This document shows positions 32,745-48,500 of a stretch of DNA of 64,000 nt, in pieces. The stretch covers positions 29,078,001 to 29,142,000 of the forward strand of contig OZ024742.1 of the NCBI GenBank assembly GCA_964016885.1. Reading direction: 5' to 3'. Position 1 is the first letter of the stretch; each line of letters begins with the position of its first letter. Under the pieces are notes generated by a model. The model ran no database searches. It saw nothing but the letters and a program-made list of their open reading frames with translations, and was not told where the DNA came from. The position numbers and the translations under genes were made by a program. The stretch comes from Eledone cirrhosa (Eukaryota).

Positions 32745-33442
32745 TTTGCTTTCATCGTTACGAGGTCGATAAAAAGTACCAGTAATGCACTGGGGGTAAT
32801 TGCTGGCCTTGTGCCAAAAGTAGAAACAATTATTATTACAAAACAGTTGTTAGAGACGGTGGAGATTCTGGTCTGGTGATCAATCCTGGTCAGAAGTTGC
32901 ACATAGGGGGTTTTACTAAACATTTAGGGCGGTTGATTGACCTTATCGGCAGAGAGTGGTACAACATTCTTTGCGGCATAATGTTACGTCCCTTTATGTT
33001 CTAAGTTAAAACCCACCGAGGTTAGATTTGTTTTTCATCCTTGCTGGGTCGATAAAATAAAGCACCAGTGCGCACTGGGGTCGAATTAATTGACTTTCCA
33101 CTCCCATTCAAATTTGTTGGCCTTGTGCCGAAATCAGAAACTATTATTACAAAACAAGTATTAGAGACGGTGGAGATTATGGTCAGGAGCTCCACATATG
33201 GGGTTTGCTAAACATTCAAAGCGGTGGATTGGCAGTATCAGTAGGGTGTAGGACAACATACTTTGTATTATACAGTTACGTCCCTTTACTTTCTGAGTTC
33301 AAATTCCGCCGAGGTTAGCTTTGCCTTTCATGCTTACGGCGTCGATAAAATAAAGTACCAGTAATGCATTGGGGTCGATTTAATCGAGTGTCTCTTGCCG
33401 CAAAAATTCTCGGCCTTATACCTAAATCGGAAACCATTATTA
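32745..33442 (+). mobile_element. Tandem cluster of three SINE family 1 copies (32745-32835 partial, 32927-33147, 33219-33442) with duplicated spacer
   Basis: SINE body repeated three times; spacer acaaaaca.g..ttagagacggtggagatt..ctaaacatt repeated at ~32838 and ~33149. Confidence 0.85.
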
Positions 33443-33993
33443 CCACAAAACAGAAAAAAGGATAAAATAGTATCGAAGGATGGAGGGGAAAAACATACTT
33501 AATAGGAAATAAATGCTTGGTATTTAGTATTTGTAGATTAAGCCTTCCAGATGGTTCTTCAGATATTTTATATTACCAATTTTTGGCAGCAACAAAGCAA
33601 CTGTAAGCATGCCAATTTTTCCTACGGGTGGTGAGTTTTTAAATGGTAACCTCCGCCCGTTAAAGATTTCCTGGGGGAATGGATATTTAATGATATATAT
33701 GTATATAAGATATATAATCGGCATTTATTGAGATACGCCGAAACTAAAATCGAAGAATAAAGAGAACAAAGTAGAAGGTGGTGGTGAAGGATGAGGAGAA
33801 TGGGGAGAGGTGAAGGTGGTGAGGAGGAAGGGAGAAGAGTAGAAGAGGTGGAAGAGGAGGGACAGAGGGAGAGAAGAAAATAGAAAGCAGAAATCTACAA
33901 CAATGGAGACATATTTTAATGGATGTTCTGCTAAGATATATCCGGAAGTATTCTGTGACAAAAAAAAATTAATATCATATCAACAGCAAAATG

Positions 33994-34465
<472 letters not shown>

Positions 34466-35054
34466 GCATGTGTATCTTGTATATGCAATATGAATGTAAT
34501 TAATCTATTAAAGATCTAGAAAAAACATTTCAACCTTGAGCAAGATTCAATGTTATAACGATGTTATATGACAACTTATCTCCCCCCACAAAAAATATAA
34601 GAAATCGAAAGATATACTACATTTCCTTTGTTTTTATATATATATATAAAGATAAGAAGAGTACGCTTGACCTATTGTAACACTACAAGACTCAACAGCT
34701 TCAAGTATTTGATGCTCAGCTTGAATATCTTTATGTTGGTGTTTGTAATGAAAATATAAACAAAACAAATATCATAAGCAGAGAAGGAGGAGAAATAGAT
34801 TCTGATCCGTTGAGTTGAGCTTCAGATCGTGGCTCGAGGAATAAACTTCCTTTCTTGGGAGAGAGGGGAATTTTGAACAAACGTACCCTAAGAAAATGCT
34901 CCGGTTTAACATGTTTAATTACGAAATACCTGCTTCTAGATATTTTACTTGCCTATACTCACTTCCTTTTCTCAAATGGTCTCAGACCTATTTATTTCCT
35001 TAACTTCTTATAGCTGCCCTTTCTGTATGTGTATTTAATGGGAAGGATATTCAA

Positions 35055-35250
35055 GGCCGAGGATTGACAAAGTGGTTAAAACGTCAGACGAAATATTTTG
35101 TTGTATTCGTTTCGGCTCTCGGCTGTCTGAGTTCAAAGCCGGCCAGGATCAACGTTTCGGCTCTCGGCTGTCTGAGTTCAAAGCCGGCCAAGATCAACTT
35201 TGCCTTTCATCGTTTCGAAGTCGATAAAAAAGTACCAGTCAAGTACTTGC
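35055..35250 (+). mobile_element. SINE family 1 relative with an internal ~45-bp tandem duplication of the B-box region
   Basis: cgtttcggctctcggctgtctgagttcaaagccggcca.gatcaa occurs twice, followed by ctttgcctttcatc..gtcgataaaaaagtaccagt. Confidence 0.8.
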
Positions 35251-36044
35251 GATGATTCTTTCTCTATATCTCTTTCTCTCTTCCTTTCTTACACACTCTA
35301 TCCTTCTCCCGAAGAAATCTGCTGTATTCAGACCTGGAGAAGAGATGACACGTCATATATCAATATGACACCCCTACGATTCCCATAAGAGTTACGGGTC
35401 CATACGATACCATGATCCTGGTTTAGGGGGAATTTAGTGCAAGAGTATTTCTTTCTGTTAAATGCACCAGTACTTCATATATTGTAAAATAAAGTATAAA
35501 CATTGTAGATAGGTCTAGAATGTTTATATCTCTTTAATTAACTGTATCCTTTATAGCAGGAAATGGTAAAACACTTCCTGGTGAGTTGTCGCTATTTTTC
35601 GTTTCAGTATTTTATACAGATAGAGTCTAAGTCGTACAGAATAAGGAAGTAGAGTAAACAAATACGCTAGGATAAAATTAATATTTAAATTAACACAAAA
35701 AGGCATAACCTTCATTCTGATACCAATAACATTATTAATCTTCTAAAGAATTATTTCAATTAATAAATTTTAGGAATATATTCTCAATTCCGCTATAAAG
35801 CAAATGGTGTATTTAAAGATCATATTGAGGTCATAAACTCTTCTTAATGCATGAAATTCTTTGTGGCATTTATTTCCGTTTCAATTATTATTTCAGATTT
35901 TTTCTTCCTCTCTGTTTATCTTCTCTTGCACCTCTTTACTCCGGTTTTACTTGTATAATAAATAAATAAATAAGTGTTGATGTTCTCTCTCTTTCACTCA
36001 CTGCCTCCGTCTCTCTCACTCTCTCTATCTCTCACTAATATAAG

Positions 36045-36146
36045 CAAATGGGGGGCCCACGTGCTGGTCACACCCGCGGCCCCGGCCGACAGAGCAGAGA
36101 AGGCGTTTCGCCGGAGGATGGTGAGGGAGACGGGATAGAAGAGCCA
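36045..36146 (-). mobile_element. Short 3' fragment of the CRE-type element
   Basis: WLFYPVSLTILRRNAFSALSAGAA resembles WLSQRISLTTLRGNAFSIQSTGA at 16.6 kb. Confidence 0.65.
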
Positions 36147-36552
36147 AATTGCTTTCGTTGTTTTTGTCATTGAATTTCTTAGGGGGCTGTGAAAACTACT
36201 TTAACCCAGACTCTTACAGTGTCTTCATTATAAACACTACATTCCTGAAGATTCCTTACATCGTTGAAACTGTTACTCAAAGCTTTCGCAGCACATGTTA
36301 CTTTTTCAGGCCTTCCACATCACTACTGAGCACAGATATGTGCACCATGGCTAAATGCAGTGTTTTATATTGTATTTACAAATCTCTTCTTAATAATTGT
36401 GCAGTACTGAGTAGTGATATTTTATAAATGGTGCGTTTATAGAGTTTTGGTTATATTTATCTACATGTTATAATCATTCTCAAAATTCCAATTATAATAA
36501 GGATTGTATCTGTTTTTATTCTTACATGCTAGTTCCCTTTGTTGTACGTGCT

Positions 36553-39500
36553 GTTGACAGTATCTGGTCCTCACATATATGGTATCTACCATTGGAATGG
36601 TGACTAGGTGACAGTATCTGGTCCTCACATTTATAGTATCTACCACTGGAATGGTGACTAGGTGACAGTATCTGGTCCTCACATATATGGTATCTACCAT
36701 TGGAATGGTGACTAGGTGACAGTATCTGGTCCTCACATTTATAGTATCTACCACTGGAATGGTGACTAGGTGACAGTATCTGGTCCTCACATATATGGTA
36801 TCTACCATTGGAATGGTGACTAGGTGACAGTATCTGGTCCTCACATTTATAGTATCTACCACTGGAATGGTGACTAGGTGTCAGTATCTGGTCCTCACAT
36901 ATATGGTATCTACCATTGGAATGGTGACTAGGTGACAGTATCTGGTCCTCACTTATATAGTATCTACCATTGGAATGGTGACTAGTTGACAGTATCTGGT
37001 CCTCACATTTATAGTATCTACCATTGGAATGGTGACTAGGTGACAGTATCTGGTCCTCACATATATAGTATCTACCACTGGAATGGTGACTAGGTGACAG
37101 TATCTGGTCCTCACATATATGGTATCTACCACTGGAATGGTGACTAGGTGACAGTATCTGGTCCTCACATTTATAGTATCTACCATTGGAATGGTGACTA
37201 GGTGACAGTATCTGGTCCTCACATTTATAGTATCTACCATTGGAATGGTAACTAGGTGACAGTATCTGGTCCTCACATTTATAGTATCTACCATTGGAAT
37301 GGTGACTAGGTGACAGTATCTGGTCCTGACATAAATAGTATCTACCACTGGAATGGTGACTAGGTGACAGTATCTGGTCCTCACATATATGGTATCTACC
37401 ATTGAAATGGTGACTAGGTGACAGTATCTGGTCCTCACTGATATAGTATCTACCATTGGAATGGTGACTAGGTGACAGTATCTGGTCCTCACATTTATAG
37501 TATCTACCATTGGAATGGTGACTAGGTGACAGTATCTGGTCCTCACATATATAGTATCTACCACTGGAATGGTGACTAGGTGACAGTATCTGGTGCTCAC
37601 ATATATGGTATCTACCACTGGAATGGTGACTAGGTGACAGTATCTGGTCCTCACATTTATAGTATCTACCATTGGAATGGTGACTAGGTGACAGTATCTG
37701 GTCCTCACATTTATAGTATCTACCACTGGAATGGTGACTAGGTGACAGTATCTGGTCCTCACATTTATAGTATCTACCATTGGAATGGTGACTAGGTGAC
37801 AGTATCTGGTCCTCACATATATAGTATCTACCACTGGAATGGTGACAAGGTGACAGTATCTGGTGCTCACATATATGGTATCTACCACTGGAATGGTGAC
37901 TAGGTGACAGTATCTGGTCCTCACATTTATAGCATCTACCATTGGAATGGTGACTAGGTGACAGTATCTGGTCCTCACATTTATAGTATCTACCACTGGA
38001 ATGGTGACTAGGTGACAGTATCTGGTCCTCACATTTATAGTATCTACCATTGGAATGGTGACTAGGTGACAGTATCTGGTCCTCACATATATAGTATCTA
38101 CCACTGGAATGGTGACTAGGTGACAGTATCTGGTCCTCACATATATGGTATCTACCATTGGAATGGTGACTAGGTGACAGTATGTGGTCCTCACATATAT
38201 GGTATCTACCACTGGAATGGTGACTAGGTGACAGTATCTGGTCCTCACATTTATGGCATCTACCATTGGAATGGGGACTAGGTGACAGTATCTAGTCCTC
38301 ACATATATGGTATCTACCACTGGAATGTTGACTAGGTGACAGTATCTGGTCCTCACATATATGGTATCTACCACTGGAATGGTGACTAGGTGACAGTATC
38401 TGGTCCTCACATTTATGGTATCTACCATTGGAATGGGGACTTGGTGACAGTATCTGGTCCTTACATATATGGTATCTACCACTGGAATGGTAACTAGGTG
38501 ACAGTATCTGGTCCTTACATATATAGTATCTACCATTGGAATGGTGATTGGTGACAGTATCTGGTCCTTACATATATAGTATCTACCACTGGAATGGTAA
38601 CTAGGTGACAGTATCTAGTCCTCACATATATGGTATCTACCACTGGAATGGTAACTAGGTGACAGTATCTGGTCCTTACATATATAGTATCTACCATTGG
38701 AACGGTGACTAGGTGACAGTATCTGGTCCTCATATTTATAGTATCTACCATTGGAATGGTAACTAGGTGACAGTATCTGGTCCTCACATATATGGTATCT
38801 ACCACTGGAATGGTGACTAGGTGACAGTATCTGGTCCTCACATATATGGTATCTACCACTGGATGGTAACTAGGTGACAGTATCTGGTCCTCACATATAT
38901 GGTATCTACCACTGGAATGGTGACTAGGTAACAGTATCTGGTCCTCACATATATGGTATCTACCATTGGAATGGTAACTTGGTGACAGTATCTGGTCCTC
39001 ACATATATGTTATCTACCATTGGAACGGTGACTAGGTGACAGTATCTGGTCCTCACACATATATGGTATCTACCATTGGAATGGTAACTCGGTGACAGTA
39101 TCTGATCCTCACATATATGGTATCTACCATTGGAATGGTAACTAGGTGACAGTATCTGGTCCTCATATTTATAGTATCTACCATTGGAATGGTAACTAGG
39201 TGACAGTATCTGGTCCTCACATATATGGTAACTACCATTGGAATGGGGACTAGGTGACAGTATCTGGTCCTCACATATATGGTATCTACCACTGGAATGG
39301 TAACTAGGTGACAGTATCTGGTCCTCACATATATAGTATCTACCATTGGAATGGGGACTAGGTGACAGTATCTGGTCCTCACATATATAGTATCTACCAT
39401 TGGAACGGTGACTAGGTGACAGTATCTGGTTCTCATATTTATAGTATCTACCATTGGAACGGTGACTAGGTGACAGTATCTGGTCCTCACATTTATAGTA

Positions 39501-42500
39501 TCTACCATTGGAGTCGTAACTAGGTGACAGTATCTGGTCCTCACATTTATGGTATCTACAACTGGAATGGTAACTAGGTGACAGTATCTGGTCCTCACGT
39601 TTATAGTATCTACCACTGGAATGGTTGACTAGGTGACAGTATCTGGTCCGCACATATATGGTATCTACCATTGGAATGGTAACTAGGTGACAGTATCTGG
39701 TCCTCACATATATAGTATCTACAATTAGAATGGTGACTAGGTGACAGTATCTGGTCCTCACATATATGGTATCTACCATTGGAATGGTGACGAGGTGACA
39801 GTATCTGGTCCTCACATTTATAGTATCTACCACTGGAATGGTGACTAGGTGACAGTATCTGGTCCTCACATATATGGTATCTACCACTGGAATGGTAACT
39901 AGGTGACAGTATCTGGTCCTCACATATATAGTATCTACCATTAGAGTGGTAACTAGGTGACAGTATCTGGTCCTCACATATATAGTATCTACCATTGGAG
40001 TGGTAACTAGGTGACAGTATCTGGTCCTCACTTATATAGTATCTACCATTGGAATGGTAACTATGTGACAGTATCTGGTCCTCACATATATGGTATCTAC
40101 CATTGGAAAGGTGACTAGGTGATAGTATCTAGTCCTCACATTTATAGTATCTGCCACTGGAATGGTGACCAGGTGACAGCATCTGGTACTCACATTTATA
40201 GTATCTACCATTGGAATGGTAACTTGGTGACAGTATCTGGTCCTCACATTTATGGTTTCTACCACTGGAATGGTAACTAGGTGACAGTATCTGGTCCTCA
40301 CGTTTATAGTATCTACCACTGGAATGGTTGACTAGGTGACAGTATCTGGTCCGCACATATATGGTATCTACCATTGGAATGGTAACTAGGTGACAGTATC
40401 TGGTCCTCACATATATAGTATCTACAATTAGAATGGTGACTAGGTGACAGTATCTGGTCCTCACATATATGGTATCTACCATTGGAATGGTGACGAGGTG
40501 ACAGTATCTGGTCCTCACATTTATAGTATCTACCACTGGAATGGTGACTAGGTGACAGTATCTGGTCCTCACATATATGGCATCTCCCACTGGAATGGTA
40601 ACTAGGTGACAGTATCTGGTCCTCACATATATAGTATCTACCATTAGAGTGGTAACTAGGTGACAGTATCTGGTCCTTACATATATAGTATCTACCATTG
40701 GAATGGTGACTAGGTGACAGTATCTGGTCCTCACATTTATAGTATCTACCATTGGAATGGTGACTAGGTGACAGTATCTGGTCCTCACATATATAGTATC
40801 TACCATTGGAGTGGTAACTGGTGACAGTATCTGGTCCTCACTTATATAGTATCTACCATTGGAAATGGTAACTATGTGACAGTATCTGGTCCTCACAAAT
40901 ATGGTATCTACCATTGGAAAGGTGACAAGGTGATAGTATCTAGTCCTCACATTTATAGTATCTACCACTGGAATGGTGACCAGCTGACAGTATCTGGTCC
41001 TCACATTTATGGTATCTACCTTTGGAATGGTGACTAGGTGACAGTATCTGGTCCGCACATATATGGTATCTACCATTGGAATGGTAACTAGGTGACAGTA
41101 TCTGGTCCTCACATATATAGTATCTACAATTAGAATGGTGACTAGGTGACAGTATCTGGTCCTCACATATATGGTATCTACCATTGGAATGGTGACGAGG
41201 TGACAGTATCTGGTCCTCACATTTATAGTATCTACCACTGGAATGGTGACTAGGTGACAGTATCTGGTCCTCACATATATGGTATCTACCACTGGAATGG
41301 TAACTAGGTGACAGTATCTGGTCCTCACATATATAGTATCTACCATTAGAGTGGTAACTAGGTGACAGTATCTGGTCCTCACATATATAGTATCTACCAT
41401 TGGAGTGGTAACTAGGTGACAGTATCTGGTCCTCACTTATATAGTATCTACCATTGGAATGGTAACTATGTGACAGTATCTGGTCCTCACATATATGGTA
41501 TCTACCATTGGAAAGGTGACTAGGTGATAGTATCTAGTCCTCACATTTATAGTATCTGCCACTGGAATGGTGACCAGGTGACAGCATCTGGTACTCACAT
41601 TTATAGTATCTACCATTGGAATGGTAACTTGGTGACAGTATCTGGTCCTCACATTTATGGTATCTACCACTGGAATGGTAACTAGGTGACAGTATCTGGT
41701 CCTCACGTTTATAGTATCTACCACTGGAATGGTTGACTAGGTGACAGTATCTGGTCCGCACATATATGGTATCTACCATTGGAATGGTAACTAGGTGACA
41801 GTATCTGGTCCTCACATATATAGTATCTACAATTAGAATGGTGACTAGGTGACAGTATCTGGTCCTCACATATATGGTATCTACCATTGGAATGGTGACG
41901 AGGTGACAGTATCTGGTCCTCACATTAATAGTATCTACCACTGGAATGGTGACTAGGTGACAGTATCTGGTCCTCACATATATGGCATCTCCCACTGGAA
42001 TGGTAACTAGGTGACAGTATCTGGTCCTCACATATATAGTATCTACCATTAGAGTGGTAACTAGGTGACAGTATCTGGTCCTTACATATATAGTATCTAC
42101 CATTGGAATGGTGACTAGGTGACAGTATCTGGTCCTCACATTTATAGTATCTACCATTGGAATGGTGACTAGGTGACAGTATCTGGTCCTCACATATATA
42201 GTATCTACCATTGGAGTGGTAACTGGTGACAGTATCTGGTCCTCACTTATATAGTATCTACCATTGGAAATGGTAACTATGTGACAGTATCTGGTCCTCA
42301 CATATATGGTATCTACCATTGGAAAGGTGACTAGGTGATAGTATCTAGTCCTCACATTTATAGTATCTACCACTGGAATGGTGACCAGGTGACAGTATCT
42401 GGTACTCACATTTATAGTATATACCATTGGAATGGTAACTTGGTGACAGTATCTGGTCCTCACATTTATGGTATCTACCATTGGAATGGTGACTAGGTGA

Positions 42501-45500
42501 CAGTATCTGGTCCTCACATATATGGTATCTACCACTGGAATGGTGACTAGGTGACAGTATCTGGTCCTCACATATATGGTATCTACCACTGGAATGGTGA
42601 CTAGGTGACAGTATCTGGTCCTCACATATATAATATCTACCACTGGAATGGTGACTAGGTGACAGTATCTGGTCCTCACATATATGGTATCTACCACTGG
42701 AATGGTGACTAGGTGACAGTATCTGGTCCTCACATTTATGGTATCTACCTTTGGAATGGTGACTAGGTGACAGTATCTGGTCCTCACATATATGGTATCT
42801 ACCACTGGAATGGTGACTAGGTGACAGTATCTGGTCCTCACATTTATGGTATCTACCATTGGAATGGGGACTTGGTGACAGTATCTGGTCCTTACATATA
42901 TGGTATCTACCACTGGAATGGTAACTAGGTGACAGTATCTGGTCCTCACATATATGGTATCTACCACTGGAATGGTGACTAGGTGACAGTATCTGGTCCT
43001 CACATATATAGTATCTACCACTGGAATGGTGACTAGGTGACAGTATCTGGTCCTCACATATATGGTATCTACCACTGGAATGGTGACTAGGTGACAGTAT
43101 CTGGTCCTCACATTTATGGTATCTACCTTTGGAATGGTGACTAGGTGACAGTATCTGGTCCTCACATATATGGTATCTACCACTGGAATGGTGACTAGGT
43201 GAGAGTATCTGGTCCTCACATTTATGGTATCTACCATTGGAATGGGGACTTGGTGACAGTATCTGGTCCTTACATATATGGTATCTACCACTGGAATGGT
43301 AACTAGGTGACAGTATCTGGTCCTTACATATATAGTATCTACCATTGGAATGGTGACTGGTGACAGTATCTGGTCCTTACATATATAGTATCTACCACTG
43401 GAATGGTAACTAGGTGACAGTATCTAGTCCTCACATATATAGTATCTACCACTGGAATGGTGACTAAGTGACAGTATCTGGTCCTCACTTTTATAGTATC
43501 TACCATTGGAATGGTGACTAGGTGACAGTATCTGGTCCTCACATTTATAGTATCTACCATTGGAATGGTGACTTGTGACAGTATCTGGTCCTCACATATA
43601 TAGTATCTACCACTGGAATGTTGACTAGGTGACAGTATCTGGTCCTCACATATATGGTATCTACCATTGGAATGGTGACTAGGTGACAGTATCTGGTCCT
43701 CACATATATGGTATCTACCACTGGAATGGTGACTAGGTGACAGTATCTGGTCCTCACATTTATGGTATCTACCATTGGAATGGTGACTAGGTGACAGTAT
43801 CTGGTCCTCACATATATGGTATCTACCACTGGAATGGTGACTAGGTGACAGTATCTGGTCCTCACATATATGGTATCTACCACTGGAATGGTGACTAGGT
43901 GACAGTATCTGGTCCTCACATATATAGTATCTACCACTGGAATGGTGACTAGGTGACAGTATCTGGTCCTCACATATATGGTATCTACCACTGGAATGGT
44001 GACTAGGTGACAGTATCTGGCCCTCACATTTATGGTATCTACCTTTGGAATGGTGACTAGGTGACAGTATCTGGTCCTCACATATATGGTATCTACCACT
44101 GGAATGGTGACTAGGTGACAGTATCTGGTCCTCACATTTATGGTATCTACCATTGGAATGGCGACTTGGTGACAGTATCTGGTCCTTACATATATGGTAT
44201 CTACCACTGGAATGGTAACTAGGTGACAGTATCTGGTCCTTACATATATAGTATCTACCATTGGAATGGTGACTGGTGACAGTATCTGGTCCTTACATAT
44301 ATAGTATCTACCACTGGAATGGTAACTAGGTGACAGTATCTAGTCCTCACATATATGGTATCTACCACTGGAATGGTAACTAGGTGACAGTATCTGGTCC
44401 TTACATATATAGTATCTACCTTTGGAACGGTGACTAGGTGACAGTATCTGGTCCTCATATTTATAGTATCTACCATTGGAATGGTAACTAGGTGACAGTA
44501 TCTGGTCCTCACGTTTATAGTATCTACCATTGGAATGGTGACTAGGTGACAGTATCTGGTCCTCACATTTATAGTATCTACCACTGGAATGGTGACCAGG
44601 TGACAGTATCTGGTACTCACATTTATAGTATCTACCATTGGAATGGTAACTTGGTGACAGTATCTGGTCCTCACATTTATGGTATCTACCACTGGAATGG
44701 TAACTAGGTGACAGTATCTGGTCCTCACGTTTATAGTATCTACCACTGGAATGGTTGACTAGGTGACAGTATCTGGTCCGCACATATATGGTATCTACCA
44801 TTGGAATGGTAACTAGGTGACAGTATCTGGTCCTCACATATATAGTATCTACAATTAGAATGGTGACTAGGTGACAGTATCTGGTCCTCACATATATGAT
44901 ATCTACCATTGGAATGGTGACGAGGTGACAGTATCTGGTCCTCACATTTATAGTATCTACCACTGGAATGGTGACTAGGTGACAGTATCTGGTCCTCACA
45001 TATATGGCATCTCCCACTGGAATGGTAACTAGGTGACAGTATCTGGTCCTCACATATATAGTATCTACCATTAGATTGGTAACTAGGTGACAGTATCTGG
45101 TCCTTACATATATAGTATCTACCATTGGAATGGTGACTAGGTGACAGTATCTGGTGCTCACATTTATAGTATCTACCATTGGAATGGTGACTAGGTGACA
45201 GTATCTGGTCCTCACATATATAGTATCTACCATTGGAGTGGTAACTGGTGACAGTATCTGGTCCTCACTTATATAGTATCTACCATTGGAATGGTAACTA
45301 TGTGACAGTATCTGGTCCTCACATATATGGTATCTACCATTGGAAAGGTGACTAGGTGATAGTATCTAGTCCTCACATTTATAGTATCTACCACTGGAAT
45401 GGTGACCAGCTGACAGTATCTGGTACTCACATTTATAGTATCTACCATTGGAATGGTAACTTGGTGACAGTATCTGGTCCTCACATTTATAGTCCCTACC

Positions 45501-48500
45501 ATTGGAATGGTGACTAGGTGACAGTATCTGGTCCTCACATATATAGTATCTACCACTGGAATGGTGACTAGGTGACAGTATCTGGTCCTCACATATATGG
45601 TATCTACCACTGGAATGGTGACTAGGTGACAGTATCTGGTCCTCACATTTATAGTATCTACCATTGGAATGGTGACTAGGTGACAGTATCTGGTCCTCAC
45701 ATTTATAGTATCTACCACTGGAATGGTGACTAGGTGACAGTATCTAGTCCTCACATTTATAGTATCTACCATTGGAATGGTGACTAGGTGACAGTATCTG
45801 GTCCTCACATTTATAGTATCTACCACTGGAATGGTGACTAGGTGACAGTATCTGGTCCTCACATATATAGTATCTACAATTAGAATGGTGACTAGGTGAC
45901 AGTATCTAGTCCTCACATTTATAGTATCTACCATTGGAATGGTGACTAGGTGACAGTATCTGGTCCTCACATTTATAGTATCTACCACTGGAATGGTGAC
46001 TAGGTGACAGTATCTGGTCCTCACATATATGGTATCTACCATTGGAATGGTGACTAGGTGACAGTATCTGGTCCTCACATATATGGTATCTACCACTGGA
46101 ATGGTGACTAGGTGACAGTATCTGGTCCTCACATATATGGTATCTACCACTGGAATGGTGACTAGGTGACAGTATCTGGTCCTCACATATATAGTATCTA
46201 CCACTGGAATGGTGACTAGGTGACAGTATCTGGTCCTCACATATATGGTATCTACCACTGGAATGGTGACTAGGTGACAGTATCTGGCCCTCACATTTAT
46301 GGTATCTACCTTTGGAATGGTGACTAGGTGACAGTATCTGGTCCTCACATATATGGTATCTACCACTGGAATGGTGACTAGGTGACAGTATCTGGTCCTC
46401 ACATTTATGGTATCTACCATTGGAATGGCGACTTGGTGACAGTATCTGGTCCTTACATATATGGTATCTACCACTGGAATGGTAACTAGGTGACAGTATC
46501 TGGTCCTTACATATATAGTATCTACCATTGGAATGGTGACTGGTGACAGTATCTGGTCCTTACATATATAGTATCTACCACTGGAATGGTAACTAGGTGA
46601 CAGTATCTAGTCCTCACATATATGGTATCTACCACTGGAATGGTAACTAGGTGACAGTATCTGGTCCTTACATATATAGTATCTACCTTTGGAACGGTGA
46701 CTAGGTGACAGTATCTGGTCCTCATATTTATAGTATCTACCATTGGAATGGTAACTAGGTGACAGTATCTGGTCCTCACGTTTATAGTATCTACCATTGG
46801 AATGGTGACTAGGTGACAGTATCTGGTCCTCACATTTATAGTATCTACCACTGGAATGGTGACCAGGTGACAGTATCTGGTACTCACATTTATAGTATCT
46901 ACCATTGGAATGGTAACTTGGTGACAGTATCTGGTCCTCACATTTATGGTATCTACCACTGGAATGGTAACTAGGTGACAGTATCTGGTCCTCACGTTTA
47001 TAGTATCTACCACTGGAATGGTTGACTAGGTGACAGTATCTGGTCCGCACATATATGGTATCTACCATTGGAATGGTAACTAGGTGACAGTATCTGGTCC
47101 TCACATATATAGTATCTACAATTAGAATGGTGACTAGGTGACAGTATCTGGTCCTCACATATATGATATCTACCATTGGAATGGTGACGAGGTGACAGTA
47201 TCTGGTCCTCACATTTATAGTATCTACCACTGGAATGGTGACTAGGTGACAGTATCTGGTCCTCACATATATGGCATCTCCCACTGGAATGGTAACTAGG
47301 TGACAGTATCTGGTCCTCACATATATAGTATCTACCATTAGATTGGTAACTAGGTGACAGTATCTGGTCCTTACATATATAGTATCTACCATTGGAATGG
47401 TGACTAGGTGACAGTATCTGGTGCTCACATTTATAGTATCTACCATTGGAATGGTGACTAGGTGACAGTATCTGGTCCTCACATATATAGTATCTACCAT
47501 TGGAGTGGTAACTGGTGACAGTATCTGGTCCTCACTTATATAGTATCTACCATTGGAATGGTAACTATGTGACAGTATCTGGTCCTCACATATATGGTAT
47601 CTACCATTGGAAAGGTGACTAGGTGATAGTATCTAGTCCTCACATTTATAGTATCTACCACTGGAATGGTGACCAGCTGACAGTATCTGGTACTCACATT
47701 TATAGTATCTACCATTGGAATGGTAACTTGGTGACAGTATCTGGTCCTCACATTTATAGTCCCTACCATTGGAATGGTGACTAGGTGACAGTATCTGGTC
47801 CTCACATATATAGTATCTACCACTGGAATGGTGACTAGGTGACAGTATCTGGTCCTCACATATATGGTATCTACCACTGGAATGGTGACTAGGTGACAGT
47901 ATCTGGTCCTCACATTTATAGTATCTACCATTGGAATGGTGACTAGGTGACAGTATCTGGTCCTCACATTTATAGTATCTACCACTGGAATGGTGACTAG
48001 GTGACAGTATCTAGTCCTCACATTTATAGTATCTACCATTGGAATGGTGACTAGGTGACAGTATCTGGTCCTCACATTTATAGTATCTACCACTGGAATG
48101 GTGACTAGGTGACAGTATCTGGTCCTCACATATATGGTATCTACCATTGGAATGGTGACTAGGTGACAGTATCTGGTCCTCACATATATGGTATCTACCA
48201 CTGGAATGGTGACTAGGTGACAGTATCTGGTCCTCACGTTTATAGTATCTACCATTGGAATGGTGACTAGGTGACAGTATCTGGTCCTCACATTTATAGT
48301 ATCTACCACTGGAATGGTGACTAGGTGACAGTATCTGGTCCTCACATTTATAGTATCTACCATTGGAATGGTGACTAGGTGACAGTATCTGGTCCTCACA
48401 TATATAGTATCTACCACTGGAATGTTGACTAGGTGACAGTATCTGGTCCTCACATATATGGTATCTACCATTTGAATGGTGACTAGGTGACAGTATCTGG

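Noticed and set aside
32745-32923. N-terminus of ORF 32504-32923 as PLE protein
   Set aside because: This part is antisense SINE and spacer sequence; PLE homology starts near 32740.
36149-36427. 92-aa ORF or possible host exon
   Set aside because: An acceptor-like site is present, but there is no recognisable homology or clear donor, so it cannot be supported.
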